This document shows positions 22,551-34,840 of a stretch of 64,000 nt of DNA, piece after piece (positions within the stretch are counted from its first letter, which is position 1; the number at the start of each line of letters is the position of its first letter). The notes below the pieces were generated by a model that saw only the letters and a list, made by a program, of their open reading frames with translations, did not search any database and was not told where the DNA came from. Origin of the DNA: Azolla caroliniana (lineage: Eukaryota > Plantae > Polypodiophyta). Made by a program: the position numbers and the translations under genes. Where the stretch lies: assembly GCA_043228905.1 (NCBI GenBank), contig JBHGNT010000009.1:16430001-16494000 (forward strand). The letters are read 5' to 3'.

Positions 22551-24868
22551 CATCCCAAAGGTAACTATGCCATTTTTAGATGATATTCCTATCAAAGCAT
22601 GCTTAGAAAGAGAGAAAGATGAGACTACAGTTGGAAATGGTTGCAGAAAGTTTGTGATGGATCACATTAATGATTGTGAAAGTATTTTAAATAAGCTTGA
22701 GCAGGCACATTTGACACTATCAGAAACAAAGTCAAGCTTTGGGTAGAATGAAGTTCTGATAGTTGGTCATATGTGTGGGTGGTATGGGAGGAAGCCTTCA
22801 CCGATCAAAATTAACGCAATACAAAACATGAAGGAAGTTTGCGAATCAGTAACAAAGGTGACAAGATTTTTAGGTGCATGTGTATTTTATCATATTTGGT
22901 TACCACACTTTGCACACGTCTCAGATCCTCTCTATCAACTTTTCAGAAAAGGGAAGAATTTTATATGGACTGATGAACATACACAAGTTGTTCAACAGTT
23001 GAAAGAAGCATTATTGAAAGCTCCATTTCTTCATCAACCAAACTACAAGGTAAAAGACCAATTATAGTGACAATTGATACTAGACCAATGGGGATTGGTT
23101 GGGTTATCAACCAAGAAGATGAAGAGCAACATCGATATGCTATTAGATTTGGAGCAAAGATATTAAATGAAAGACAAAGAAACTATGCACAAGTTAAACG
23201 AGAATTGTGAGGTTTGCTTATTGCATTAAAAAAAGACAGAGAGTACTTGATCGGAGCAGATGTAATGGTTGAAACAGATTGTCTGCACTCATCGGAATTA
23301 TAGCAAGTTGCACCACAACAGATATTGCAATGCTTCAGTGGATTGCATACATTAGAACCATGAACCCAGAATTATGGCATATAAAGGGCAAAGAGAACCT
23401 AGTCGCAGATATGTTGTCAAGAGCAAGGTTCATAAATGAAAGGGTGATGCAAGCTGAAGATAAGAATTGGGCAACTACAAGCCATCAAGTTGCTCATCAA
23501 ATATCTATTAAGCCTCATGATGAGTTTAATGTAAGTATAATGTTCAAAGATATGGAGTATGAAGGTCAATGGTTAGAAATAGGAAATTTTCTAAAGACTC
23601 AAGAAGCCAACCCATCATGGTTGAAGAAACAATTAAATGGATTTCGAAGACGAGCATTCAAGTTTTTTTTACATGAAGGGCATTTATGGAGGCATCCAAA
23701 AAGGCCAACCGAAAATCCTCTTCGAGTCATTTGTAAGGATGACATTAAGAGAAAATTAATTAATGAATTCCATGATAGTTTGTTGGCAGGACATAGACGC
23801 ATATGGGCGACATTTATGAAGTTGAAAGAAAAGTATTGGTGGCCACATATGGATAAAGATGTAACGAAATTAGTGGAAACCTATGAGGTATGCCAGAGGT
23901 ATTCAACTATCCGGTATCGAGATGAGCTAAAACCAACATATTCATCATCAATGCATTATAAATGGATGGTCGATCTAGTGACAATGCCACTTGGGGAAGG
24001 TCAAATGCGATATTTAGTACTTGCAAGAGAAGACCTTACAAATCAAGTAGAAGGAAGGACACTACGACAAAAAACAACTAGAGTTGTATGTAAATTTTTG
24101 TTAGAAGATGTAATATGTTGTTACGGGTGTGCTGGTAAAATAATTGCAGATAGAGGAGAACTTGACTCTGATGAAGCTAGAGAATTCTTCAGCCAAATAG
24201 GGGTCAAATTATCACTTACAGTTGCGTATAATCCAGAAGGCAATGGAAAGATTGAAAGAAGACATAGCCCAATAGTTAAGGCGATCGTGAAAAGCTATAA
24301 AGGTAAAATAAGAGATTGGCCATGCATGCTACCTTATGCACTATGGGCGGATCGAACAACTCATAGTTCGGTAATAGGATACATGCCAGCATAATTGATA
24401 CTTGGCCAAAAGCCCATCATGCCGGTAGAAGAATCAATTATGTCATGGATATCTATTCCATGGAGAGAAGAGGTGAGTAGAGAAGAATTACTTACTTTGC
24501 GAATTCAACAATTAGAGTGTTGACCTAAAGATATAGAATTAGCAACCCAACGATTGAAGGAGGCTCGCCTGAAGAATAAAATTCATTTTGATAAAACTCA
24601 TAGAATTCGACATGAGAAAAGAGAAGAAAGAGATTGGGTGCTCGTGTATGATAGCAGTTTAGATAATCAACATAGCACCGTCTGCAAGTTGGCTGGAAGA
24701 TGGTTTAGGCCTTACATAGTGAAAAAAGTATATGATAACTTTACCTATAAACATAGTGAATTGGATGGGACACTTATCCTAAATGTGGTAGCTGGAAAGA
24801 GGATAAAAGTATTTAAGAAAAGGTTTGAGCTTGAACCTCCAATAGATCAACATGAAGATGAAAGATAG
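22551..24868 (+). pseudogene. Gypsy A RT C-terminus, RNase H and integrase
   Basis: PFLDDIPIK; RFLGACVFYHIW; ORF 23279..24394 integrase; no chromodomain. Confidence 0.88.
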
Positions 24869-26869
24869 TGGCACATGCCGGAGGATGTGTAGGTCTAGAG
24901 GGGGTGAATGTTGTGAAGTACGAAAGCTTCACATTAAAATTCTAGAATAAGATAAATACATAACTAAAATAAAATAAATCTTGATAATATTTTATACATA
25001 AAGATAATATTAACAACACTCTATGATAATATTATACATTATATTTGGAGGTAAATAAAAATACATATATGTTATACTACATGGAGAAGAGAGGATTTGA
25101 GCCAATAATCCCCACCTTATGACACTCTAACCTTACCATTTAGCCTATACTAACAATTTACAAGAGATCATATGCGTTGTTTTATTTACCATTTAGTCTA
25201 AACCATGTAATACACCATATAGCAAATTAGATGGGAAAAAGAGGACTTGAACCAACAACCCCAACCTTATGGGCATTCAAACCTTACCATTTAGCCTATA
25301 CTTATGATATATAAAATACATGTGTTGTAGTATTATATGGTTTAAACCATGAAATGTACCACATGTGCACCATATAGCACACATGCAAGAGCCTCTCTGC
25401 ATGTGCACCATATAGCACACATGCAAGAGCCTCTCTGCATGTGCACCATATAATACACATGCAAGAGCTTCTCTACATGTGCGCCACATGGCCCACAAGT
25501 AGAACCATCTCTTCCCTATAAAAGGAGAAGGGAGTATAGTCACAAGGATATGAAGGAATCAATCAATATCAAAAAAACTATATTATATATATATCAATAA
25601 AATCAAATAGAGTTATGTTGTAAGAGATATCACAATAGACTGTGTCATTTTTATTTCTCTCTTTCCCTCTCGTTTCCTCACACGCAATCCCCCTTGGGTG
25701 GGGGGTGAAGCCATTCTAGGCTTCACCGCCCACCCAACAACACTTTTGGCATGCCCGAACGGCCGACCTCCCTTGAGAAGAGGTCATTCTCTCTCTCCCT
25801 CACTCTCGCTCTCCATCACTCATCTCTGTCTCTCCCTCTCTGTACGTGTCTATTAGTGTTTGTGTAGAGAGTATGGTGTTGTGCATGGACTCTTTGTGTG
25901 GGAGCCAGCCTGTGATGGGGATATCAACATTATTCCCTTGAGAAGAAGTCGCTCTCTCTGACTATATTTGCACTTGATGCTGCTTAGCAAAACCCTAACC
26001 CTAGCGTCTTTGTGAGCTTTCTCTATTTTCCCCATTTCCAAACACCTACACTATTACAGCTCCCTGATCAAGCCCTCAAGGTTTTGTCTGTGTGTTATCC
26101 TTCTTGATGCGAGTTCTACTCCCTATAACTCCTAAGAAAACCCTATCATCCATTCCACATATGAAGTTGGGCAGCGACGAGCTCTCTCTGGCTATATTTG
26201 TAGATTCGCAAAACAAGTGATAAACAATGTCGATGATGCTGAAGTATCACTTCTAAAAGAATATAACAAAAGAAACCCAGAATATGTGATATGGTATGGT
26301 GAGTTGTAAGGGGTCATCCACATCAATGGTGCAGTCCTAATATTTTGATGTGAAGACAATAGCCAAGATTGATACACTTGATAAGACAACAAGAAGATTC
26401 AAAAGCTCGAAGTGGAGGGAAAATGCAATGTTTGGTTGGTTCGTTCAACAAAAGATGCCATTCTAAGAAGTGCTTCTTCTCCCATTCATATGGTTCCGTT
26501 TGAGGGTGGCTTGAAGCAACAATTCTAACGTACTATAAGGACATTGGGGCTATGGTTTCTGCCATTGGATCCCTCTTTGAGGATTGAGGAATTGGAAAAG
26601 GCCTTGGTTTGAGTGAGAAACAACAACCAAGCATAGAGCAGACTATCAAGAAGAGGAGAATGAGGAAAGAGACGGCCATAGAAAGACCTACACAATTAGT
26701 GGACATAGCCGACCATAGGACAAACAGACAGTGACGATGAACAATGATGGAACTGGAACACTAACGGGCATGAGTGACCATGTATGGTCCTCAATGACTG
26801 GTGTTGAATACCTTGAAAGGGACCAAGGAGGTTACAAGTATTATACTGTGAGTTGAAGATGCATTAGAA

Positions 26870-27070
26870 TATTCGGGAGAATATTCTAGAACCCTCTAGA
26901 ACCTTCTAGTTCCAAAATTTTCTAAAAACTCTTAGAACTTGAAATAGATAATCTACTAATAATCTACTAAGATATACATAACATGACCATATATTTGGAT
27001 GTGTTGGTTAGAACATAACACTTTACTATATACAAGAGGTCAAGGGTTCAAATCTTGAATGACTGTTGTC
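26870..27070 (-). mobile_element. Degenerate chromovirus-type LTR fragment
   Basis: TTCTAGAA-rich block plus B-box, resembling 54600-54827 and the reverse complement of 52330-52520. Confidence 0.45.
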
Positions 27071-27137
27071 ATGTCTGTGTCAAAAACTGGAAATGAAAGA
27101 GGGAGCAAGAGGAAGAGTGGAATATCGACGCAGAGAC

Positions 27138-27978
27138 CATGGTTGTTTATGTACCCGTATTTAACATTTAAATACATATAGTACCTCATCATTTGTATAG
27201 TACGTACTATACCTCAATGTTGTTCAGTCAAATATCATATGTACATTTGTCCAATATGGTATTTAACGTATTTATAACAAAACAGGTATAATACGTATTT
27301 ATAAAGAAAATGTAAGTAAAACCCTAACAAAAAGCAAAAGAAAAAAAAGATTTTAATGAAAAAGGAGCCAAAGGAAGGAAGAAAGAAGAATAGAAGAGAC
27401 AACGATGAAGAAGAAGAAGAAGAGAGAAACGAAGACATAAACCTGTCCTGAGTGTGATAATCGTAGAAGATAGAAGAAGAAGAAGAAGAAGAAAATGAAG
27501 AAAAGAGAAACCTATCATGAGTGTTATAATCCTAGATGATTCCTCAATCTATGAAGGCATAATTGTAAATAATTACAATTTGAAGTAGAACATCGTGATA
27601 CACACTTACACTGGTTTATAGAATAAGGGAATGTCGACATCCATATTACTACAAGTATTTTAGGATGTGAAATGTTCAAATGTCTTATATGCATTTTAGG
27701 ATGTAGAACTATACTATACATCACAAAATTGTGTAAACATAGATGTTTTTTACAATATTATAGATATTTTTTAGAAAAGTAAATCATTTTCAAATTCTAG
27801 AAGTATTTAATGTACTATACGTAAAATACGTATTTTACGTGCTTTACGTATTTTATAAGTATTTAACATATTAAGAAAACGTATTTAACGTATTTTTAAA
27901 TTGGGAGGTACTATACGGGTATTAATACGTTAAATACGTATGGTATCCGTACCGTACCTAACGTACCTAACAACCTTG
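27138..27978. mobile_element. Non-autonomous hAT-type DNA transposon (MITE)
   Basis: 8-bp TSD GCAGAGAC (27130-27137 and 27979-27986), TIR CATGGTTGTT/AACAACCTTG, subterminal CGTATT/TACGT repeats. Confidence 0.88.
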
Positions 27979-27986
27979 GCAGAGAC

Positions 27987-28600
27987 AAAGACCTATGAGG
28001 GGTTGTTCGTGTGATCGAAGAACCACAATTGAATAAAACCTATCCTGCCTACTTGTTTCAGGTTTCTTTGTTTTATGTTTTTCTAGTTTTCGTTTTGCTT
28101 GGTTTATCCACCCAATTCGTGTGAGGATCGTAGCCAAGGTTGTTGCCTTGAAGCTAATATATTTCCTCTAGACAAAAACATAGAGATACTAGCACATTCC
28201 TTGTGCTTATTGTTATTGTATCCACCCAATCGGGTGACGATTGTAGCCAAGGTTGCTGCCTTGAGGCTAACACATTTCTCTAGTCAAAACCTAGAGAGTT
28301 CGTATGCAGTTTGTAATCCTTGTTATTCTATCCACCAGGTTGGCTGAAGGTTGTAACCAAGGCTATTGCCTTGAGGTAGATACACCGCTCTAGTGAGGTT
28401 GTATTCCGTTGTACTCAAAGATATAGTGAAGTTGTTTGGAACCTACGGTTCCCATGGTTTTTCCCTATTTTGAGTTTTCCACGTTAAAATTTTTGGTGTA
28501 CTCTCATTTCGGTCTTATGGTTTCATCTATTGTTTAATTTGTTTTGTCTTGATTGAGTTGGTAGTCCAAATCATCCCGATTCGGATCCATATTCCTAACA
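27987..28600 (+). mobile_element. 3' part of a Copia-type LTR with three ~110-bp tandem units (28105-28395)
   Basis: TATCCACC..CCAAGGTTG(T/C)TGCCTTGA repeated three times, GTTTTCCACGT motif, ends TTCCTAACA. Confidence 0.6.
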
Positions 28601-29514
28601 AGAAGAAGCAACAAGAAGAGAAGACGATGAAGAAGATAAGAAGAAAATTAAATCGACAGACAAAGAGGAGAACAAAGAAAGAACAAGAAAACAAGAAAGC
28701 AAGAGAGAAAGAGAAAGGGGCAGAGTGGAAATTTTCAATAATTCGAGGGCATACCATCGAATTTCAGAAGCTCGAGTGCAGAGGAGAAAATTTCAAAAAA
28801 CGAAGAGCAAAAAATAAAATTTTAAAATCATGAGGGTAAAAACTAGAATTTCAAAAAATAAGTGGTACAAATCATGAAATTTCGAAAACACAACTCACAT
28901 GATGAAAGAAAGACTACACAAATGCACAACATGATTTCACGACCCATACCACATTGAACCAGTTGATTCGTGTATGATCCAATCGCAACTTGTGTTGACT
29001 GAACGAGAAGGTTCGAGTCAACAAAGCTCCGATCGAAGTTATCGATCGTAGAGCACTGATCTGGTCAAAGGATTTCCGATCGTTGAGATGACCGATGGAG
29101 TTCCGTTCGAGAAGAGTTGCCATGGCGAGTGGGTTCACCGTGCAATGCATTGTCCCACAGGCGTGCCATGTGTTACCTGTAAGAATATACGGGGAGGCCT
29201 AAGGGTAGATGTAATGATGTGGTTGATGTGAATGTGTAAAGTAAATCAGTGTGTGAGGATGAATATGTGTATGGACACATGCACATAATTGTGCATGTGT
29301 ACAAGAATACATAACAGTCTTATTTATAATGGTCATGTAACCATTACATTCAATGTATTATATAAACCCCTTATGGGCATGTAATGAATAGACATTTTTC
29401 CCTCTCATTTTCTGTGTCAGTTTTATTTCTCTCTTTCTCTCTCGTTTCCTCACACGCAATCCCCCTTGGGTGGGGGGTGAAGTCATTCTAGGCTTTACCC
29501 CCCACCCAACAACA

Positions 29515-30314
29515 CTCCATTGCGATAACCAGAGTGCCATCCACCTTGCAAAAAATGCTGCCTACCACTCGAGGACCAAAGACATCCAGAGAAGATATCA
29601 TTGGCTTTGAGAGCAAGTAGAAGAAAAGGAGTTTTCTCTAGTGAACATCCACACGGCCGAAAATGGATCGGATATATAGACAAAGGTGTTGTTAGCCGAA
29701 AATCTAAACGTGTGCCGACAGAGAGTCGGTTTGGTGAAGTACCCCATGCCGGAATGAAGTGAGAGTTTGTTGGGAAACATGTTCCTCCAAATGGGAAGAG
29801 AAGCACCGTGTTGGTGAGTATCTCCGAAACCAAAACCAAAACCAAAATCGAAAACCGAAATAGTTTCGGAAGACTATAATTGTAAATAGTCAAAAATGCC
29901 TCCTAGGGGCTATACTTGTAAATAGCCAGAAAGTTGCTTTGGTTTATGAGCAACTAGGGAAAATCTTATAGCAAGAGTTAGTGATCATTTCTGAAAAAAG
30001 TTAGAACGAGGTAGTTGCCTCTGTAACCGTGAGTGAGAGAGTGAGAGAGTGAGAGTGTAACTTTGTAGCCGTCTATTAGACGAAGGAGAACTCGAGGTCG
30101 CTTCCTCCGAGTTCCGTATTTGAACTTCCTCTCTACTTTAGTGATCTATTTTTTCTCGGGGTTTGTTGACCTCGTGGTTTTTTCCCATTTCAGGTTTTCC
30201 ACGTAAAATATCGGTGTCTCTACGTCTTCATGTTTTTCTTGTCTGTGTACTATTTCTTGGTTTTTGCACACGAATACGAATGTGAAACCGGTTGTGGCCG
30301 ATCGATTCCTAACA
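29515..30314 (+). mobile_element. 3' end of a Tork-like Copia (RNase H end, PPT, LTR 29768-30314)
   Basis: LHCDNQSAIHLAKNAAYHSRTKDIQRRYHW..KYPMPE* homologous to the end of element I; LTR TGTTGGG..CCTAACA. Confidence 0.85.
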
Positions 30315-32280
30315 CTTTCCTCAATACCAGCAATTGTTCTTTCGTCACTCGTTCGGACTATTCTTCATCTAATCTTTCAGTGATTTGAACTCGTAGTGTT
30401 GGAATGTGGAATTCAATTGGCATCATAGCTTCTAGTCTGAATGCCATCCGAAATGGGGTCAATTTGATAATTGTCTTGTATGAAGTCCGGTACACCCATA
30501 AAGCATTATGAAGCTTTTGATCCCAATCCGTTCTATTCTCATTAACTATTTTTCTCTGAATCATTTGTAAGATTTTGTTTTTCGTTTCTGCCAAGCCATT
30601 GGCTTGAGGTTAGTACAGAGTACTTGTTTTTTGTACCACTGCAAAATAAGTGAATAGCTCATGTACAATTTTATTTATAAAACGAGTACCCTGATCACTC
30701 ACCAGTTCGATTGGGCAACCGAATCGACACCATATGAATTCATAGAGAAATTTACTTGTCGATGCCATCGTGTTATCCCGAAGAGGTTTCGCCTCCACCC
30801 ATTTAGTATAGTAGTCGGTGGCAACTATAATATATCAATTTCCGATGGGTGCAGCTGCTGGCTTGAATGGCCCAAAAAATTCAAGACCCCAGTTTTGAAA
30901 TGGCTCCAAAGGTAATACCGGCTGATGTGGCATCCTATCTTTTTTTGCGGGTTGGCCGGTTCGCTGACATAAATCGCACTGTCGACAATAATCAACTGTA
31001 TCGTTTGAGGTAGTCAGCCACCACAAACCGCTATTCCAAATTTTCCTCGCCATCATTTCTCCCGCATAATGACCGTCGACAATACCGCAATGGGCATTAC
31101 GCAGAACCGCTACTTTCTCGTATTGTCAAACCGTCCGTTGCCATATGTCGCCGGCTCCTTCATGGTATAATGTGTCGTTCAGGAGACAAAAGTTCTGACT
31201 TCTTACTGGTAGTCTTTTTCTTTCAACCAGTGGCATGCCTTCTCTCGGTAGTCCTGTACTCAGAAAAATTGTCATTTCAATGATCCATAATTATGTCTTA
31301 TCTTCATCCATCTTTGTGCCTGCTACAGTGTCAACTCTAAAAAGTTACTCCTTTACCCCCCCGACTCTCCCAATTTTGGTCTACTCAAATAGTCGGTGAC
31401 CGCATGTTGTACCCCTGGCTGATGAAGTATGTCGAATTCAAACTCTTGTAGCAACAATGTCCATTGGGCCGGTTTTCCTATCAACTCTTGTTTGGACACT
31501 AAATATAATAATTCTGAATGGTCCACATGAAATGTGAATTTCCGATCCAACAAGTAGTGACAAAATTTATTGATACTATATATCATCCCGAGAGCCTTGC
31601 ATTCAGATGTTGAGTAATTTCGTTCCTCCGGTGAGAGCTTCCAACTCGCATAGTACACTGGTCTGTACCAGTTTGACTCCGTTAGCTTCATTTATGAACT
31701 TCTGATTACTACATCGGATGCGTCGACAAAAACATGAAAAGGCTTCTACCAGTTAGGAGGTTGTACAATTGGTACCTTAGTGAGCATCTTCTTGAGGCAA
31801 TCATAGGCATCTTGTTCTGCATTTGTCCATTGAAAGGGTGTTTTATGTACTACCGTATGTAGAGGTGTTGCCACGTTGGCGAGATACCGAATCATCCGAC
31901 TATGCCATCTGATTGGGCCCAAAAATCTAATGAGAGCCTTAACATTAGTCAATGCTCGAGCTTCCAATTTCACCTTCACCTTGTCGGAATCGACTGCAAT
32001 TCCTTCTCGACTAATGATATCGCCGAGCAGCGTACCACTGGTTACTCCAAATGCACATTTAGCTGGATTGAGACTAAGTCGACCTTGTCTACACCGTTCT
32101 AGACACAGCCGTAAATACTGAAAATGATCCTCCTTTCTACTATATATTTAAAAATAATCAAGGAATACTTGCATGAATGCAGGAATATAATTAGTTAAAA
32201 TTTCCTGAATAACTCTCTGAAATGTCTACAGAGCGGTTTTTAATCCGAACATCATTATGACTACGACAAACACTCCCCAG
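30315..32280 (-). pseudogene. Gypsy RT-RNase H-integrase fragment H (non-chromovirus-like)
   Basis: FHVFVDAS; PVYYASWKLSPEERNYS; CRQCDLCQR; CRFGCPIELVSDQG; WDQKLHNALWVYRT. Confidence 0.85.
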
Positions 32281-32643
32281 CCATTCTAGCACAAATTGAT
32301 CCCTCTCGAGCATCTTGTTCACAGTCGCAACAACCAGGTACAGACTATTGACATTTCGAATATCATGATGGATTACTATTCTTTAAGAAACTCTTGTATG
32401 TTCCTAATGGTTCTTGTCGCCTTCAAGTAGTCCAAAACTATCATGACACATATATAGTTGGGCATTTTGGCAGTACTAAAACATTAGATTTAGTACAACG
32501 ATCATTTTGGTGGCCCCATATGCGACAATTTGTCGAAGATTTTGTTCGGACTTGTGATACATGTTGCAGAGCAAAAATGCCAAGGCATCATCCATATGGT
32601 TTATTAGAACCATTACCAATTCCAAGCAAGCCATGGCAATCCA

Positions 32644-33428
32644 TGTTGGGAAACAGGTCCCTCCGGATGGGAAGGTAGAAGAACAGTGCTGACGAACAAA
32701 CTCGGCCGAGGCCGAACCGGTATGAACCGGATGAGGAGTACCCGACTGCGGAGAGTCGGATGGTGCAGGTCCGGTATGAACCGGATGAGGAGTACCCGAC
32801 TGTGGAGAGTCGGATGGTGCAGGTCCGGTATGAACCGGATGAGGAGTACCCGACTGCGAAGAGTCGGATGGTGCAGGCCCGGTATGAACCGGATGAGGAG
32901 TACCCGACTGCGGAGAGTCGGATGGTGCAGGCCCGGTATGAACCGGATGAGGAGTACCCGACTTCGGAGAGCCGGATGGAGCCCATCGTGGCTACATTTG
33001 TAAATAGCCGAAAAGTCATATTTGTATAAATATGACTTAGGGCAAACTTTTAGGGTTGTTGTCATTCTTGTTGTTATTCCTTCTTGTTGGTGCAAGAAGA
33101 AATTAGAGAGCGTAACTGTACACACAGAGAGAGAGAGAGAGAGAGACGAGGTCGTTGCCTCTGTTGTAACCGCCGCCTGTGGCGAAGATCTGTGGACACG
33201 AGGTCGTTGCCTCAGTGATCTCACTGTTGTATATTTCTGCATAGTGACAGTTTGCAGCTTGTGGGCTACCGTGGTTTTTCCCCCTACTTTGGGGTTTTCC
33301 ACGTATACCTCCTGTGTACCATTTCTCCTCTCTTGTGTCGCGTTTTTTTTATTACCTGTTTTTCTGTGTATGTAAAGAATCTCGGTTGTGGCCGAGCATC
33401 GGACATAAGGAACGTCAAGTTCTCAACA
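32644..33428 (+). mobile_element. Solo LTR of a Tork-like Copia family
   Basis: TG..CA, perfect 5-bp TSD ATCCA, similar to the LTRs of element I. Confidence 0.92.
32717..32980 (+). repeat. 54-bp tandem repeat (~5 copies) in U3 of the solo LTR
   Basis: CCGGTATGAACCGGATGAGGAGTACCCGACTGCGGAGAGTCGGATGGTGCAGGT units. Confidence 0.92.
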
Positions 33429-34840
33429 ATCCATTGCTCTAGATTTCATCATAGATCTTCCGGTCTCCAAGGGATTCGATGCGATCTTAACAGTAGTAGA
33501 TTGATATACGAAGATGGCCCATTTTCTACCATGTACTAAGGAAATCTCCAGTGAAGAAACCACCAAAACTGTCATGCATGAAGTATGTCAGCATCATGGT
33601 CTTCCCAATAGTATCATTAGCGACCATGGACCCCAGTTCATCTTGAAATTTTGGAAGCACCTCTTTAAAATGCTCAAGGTCACTTGTAACCTCTCCTTCG
33701 GCTACCACCCGCAAACAAACGGCCAAGCAGAACGAACAAATCAAACGTTGGAGCAGTATCTTTAGTGCTTTCTAAGCTATCATCAAGATGATTGGGCGGA
33801 TATTCTCCACTTTGCCGAATTTGCGTATAATAACTCTGTCCACTCATCGACAAAGGTTACACCATTTTATGCTTATACGGATTGTTACTCCCGGTGGTGT
33901 GTATTTGAAACCCTAGAGTTACCCACAAATCCTTGCGTACAGGATCGGTTGGAGCAGTTACGCAAGATATAATCGGTTGAGAAACGGACGAAGAGGACCG
34001 GTAAGGAGAACCGGTCAGAACCGGATGAAGAGACGTATTTGTAAATAGAAGAAATTATAAAAGTATATATTACATGCATAGCGCAAGATTCGAACCCTGC
34101 ACCTCCATGTTTATAATGTAAAGCCTTACCATTACACTAGCATATCATTAGTTTTAAAATGCATCCCACATAGAAACATAAGTTCACGCTAGGATAAACT
34201 TTAGTTAAAAGAAAACGCATGATAAAAGAAAATGCTACGCATGCACATGTAACGTGCATGAACACCATAATCGATAAAAACACATCAAGTTAGAAAAAGT
34301 AGGATCACTTTAGAAAAAGCATGTTAGAGAAAGCATAGAGTCTATCTATAGAAAAAGCATGGATTATTAAGACTCTCTCATCACTATATAAGGATGGGGA
34401 GCACAATGTAATAAGTGTGTGAAATATTTGGGAAATTGGATATATTTCCTAAAACACCTATAATTAATAAATTATATTCGTGGGATTCACGAAGGTTTCC
34501 ATATCTCTCGCTTCCAATCTATGATAAATTGTAATTAGGATTCTAAATATTAATAAATCTAATAATCTATACTTGTGGGATTCACAAGTTTCTTATAGCT
34601 CTCTTTCAATCTAAATTCATATTCTTATTTAAATGTTGGTTAATCTAATACATTATACTTGTGGGATTCACAAGTTTCTATCTCTCTTTCTAATAATCTA
34701 TCCATACCTATAAACTTGTCTCAAATTCTTCTTTCTCCTAGTCCAAAACCTCAATGGTTCCCACCCGACTCACACAACGATCCGGAGCCGAAAGGCACTA
34801 CACAAGTGGTGAACCCGACGTGAAACCGGGTGGCAAGGAG

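Larger units (their letters stand above)
3036..25640 (+). mobile_element. Gypsy element A (non-chromovirus, tRNA-Trp PBS), degenerate, interrupted by B/D and C
   Basis: 5' LTR ~3036-4028 (5'-truncated) matches 3' LTR 24909-25640 (3'-truncated). PBS 4034. gag 4096-5839 resumes at 15739, RT 16580-17123 resumes at 22551, RH-INT to 24868, PPT GAGGGGGTGAA. Confidence 0.9.
25641..29514 (+). mobile_element. Non-coding LTR element G (possible tRNA-Arg-type PBS) carrying nested LTR fragments and a MITE
   Basis: Partial 5' LTR 25641-25742 matches the end of 3' LTR 29210-29514. PBS-like TGGCATGCCC at 25747, PPT GGGGAGG..GGGTAGA 29191-29209. Confidence 0.7.

Noticed and set aside
26160-26860. Possible coding remnant inside element G
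   Set aside because: Many stops and no motif I can assign with confidence
28549-28833. Lys/Glu-rich ORF
   Set aside because: Low-complexity GAA-rich sequence crossing an LTR boundary, no domain
32717-32980. Regular 54-bp array resembling CRISPR or a repeat protein (ORFs in several frames)
   Set aside because: No unique spacers; it is a U3 tandem repeat inside a TSD-flanked solo LTR, and the ORFs are by-products
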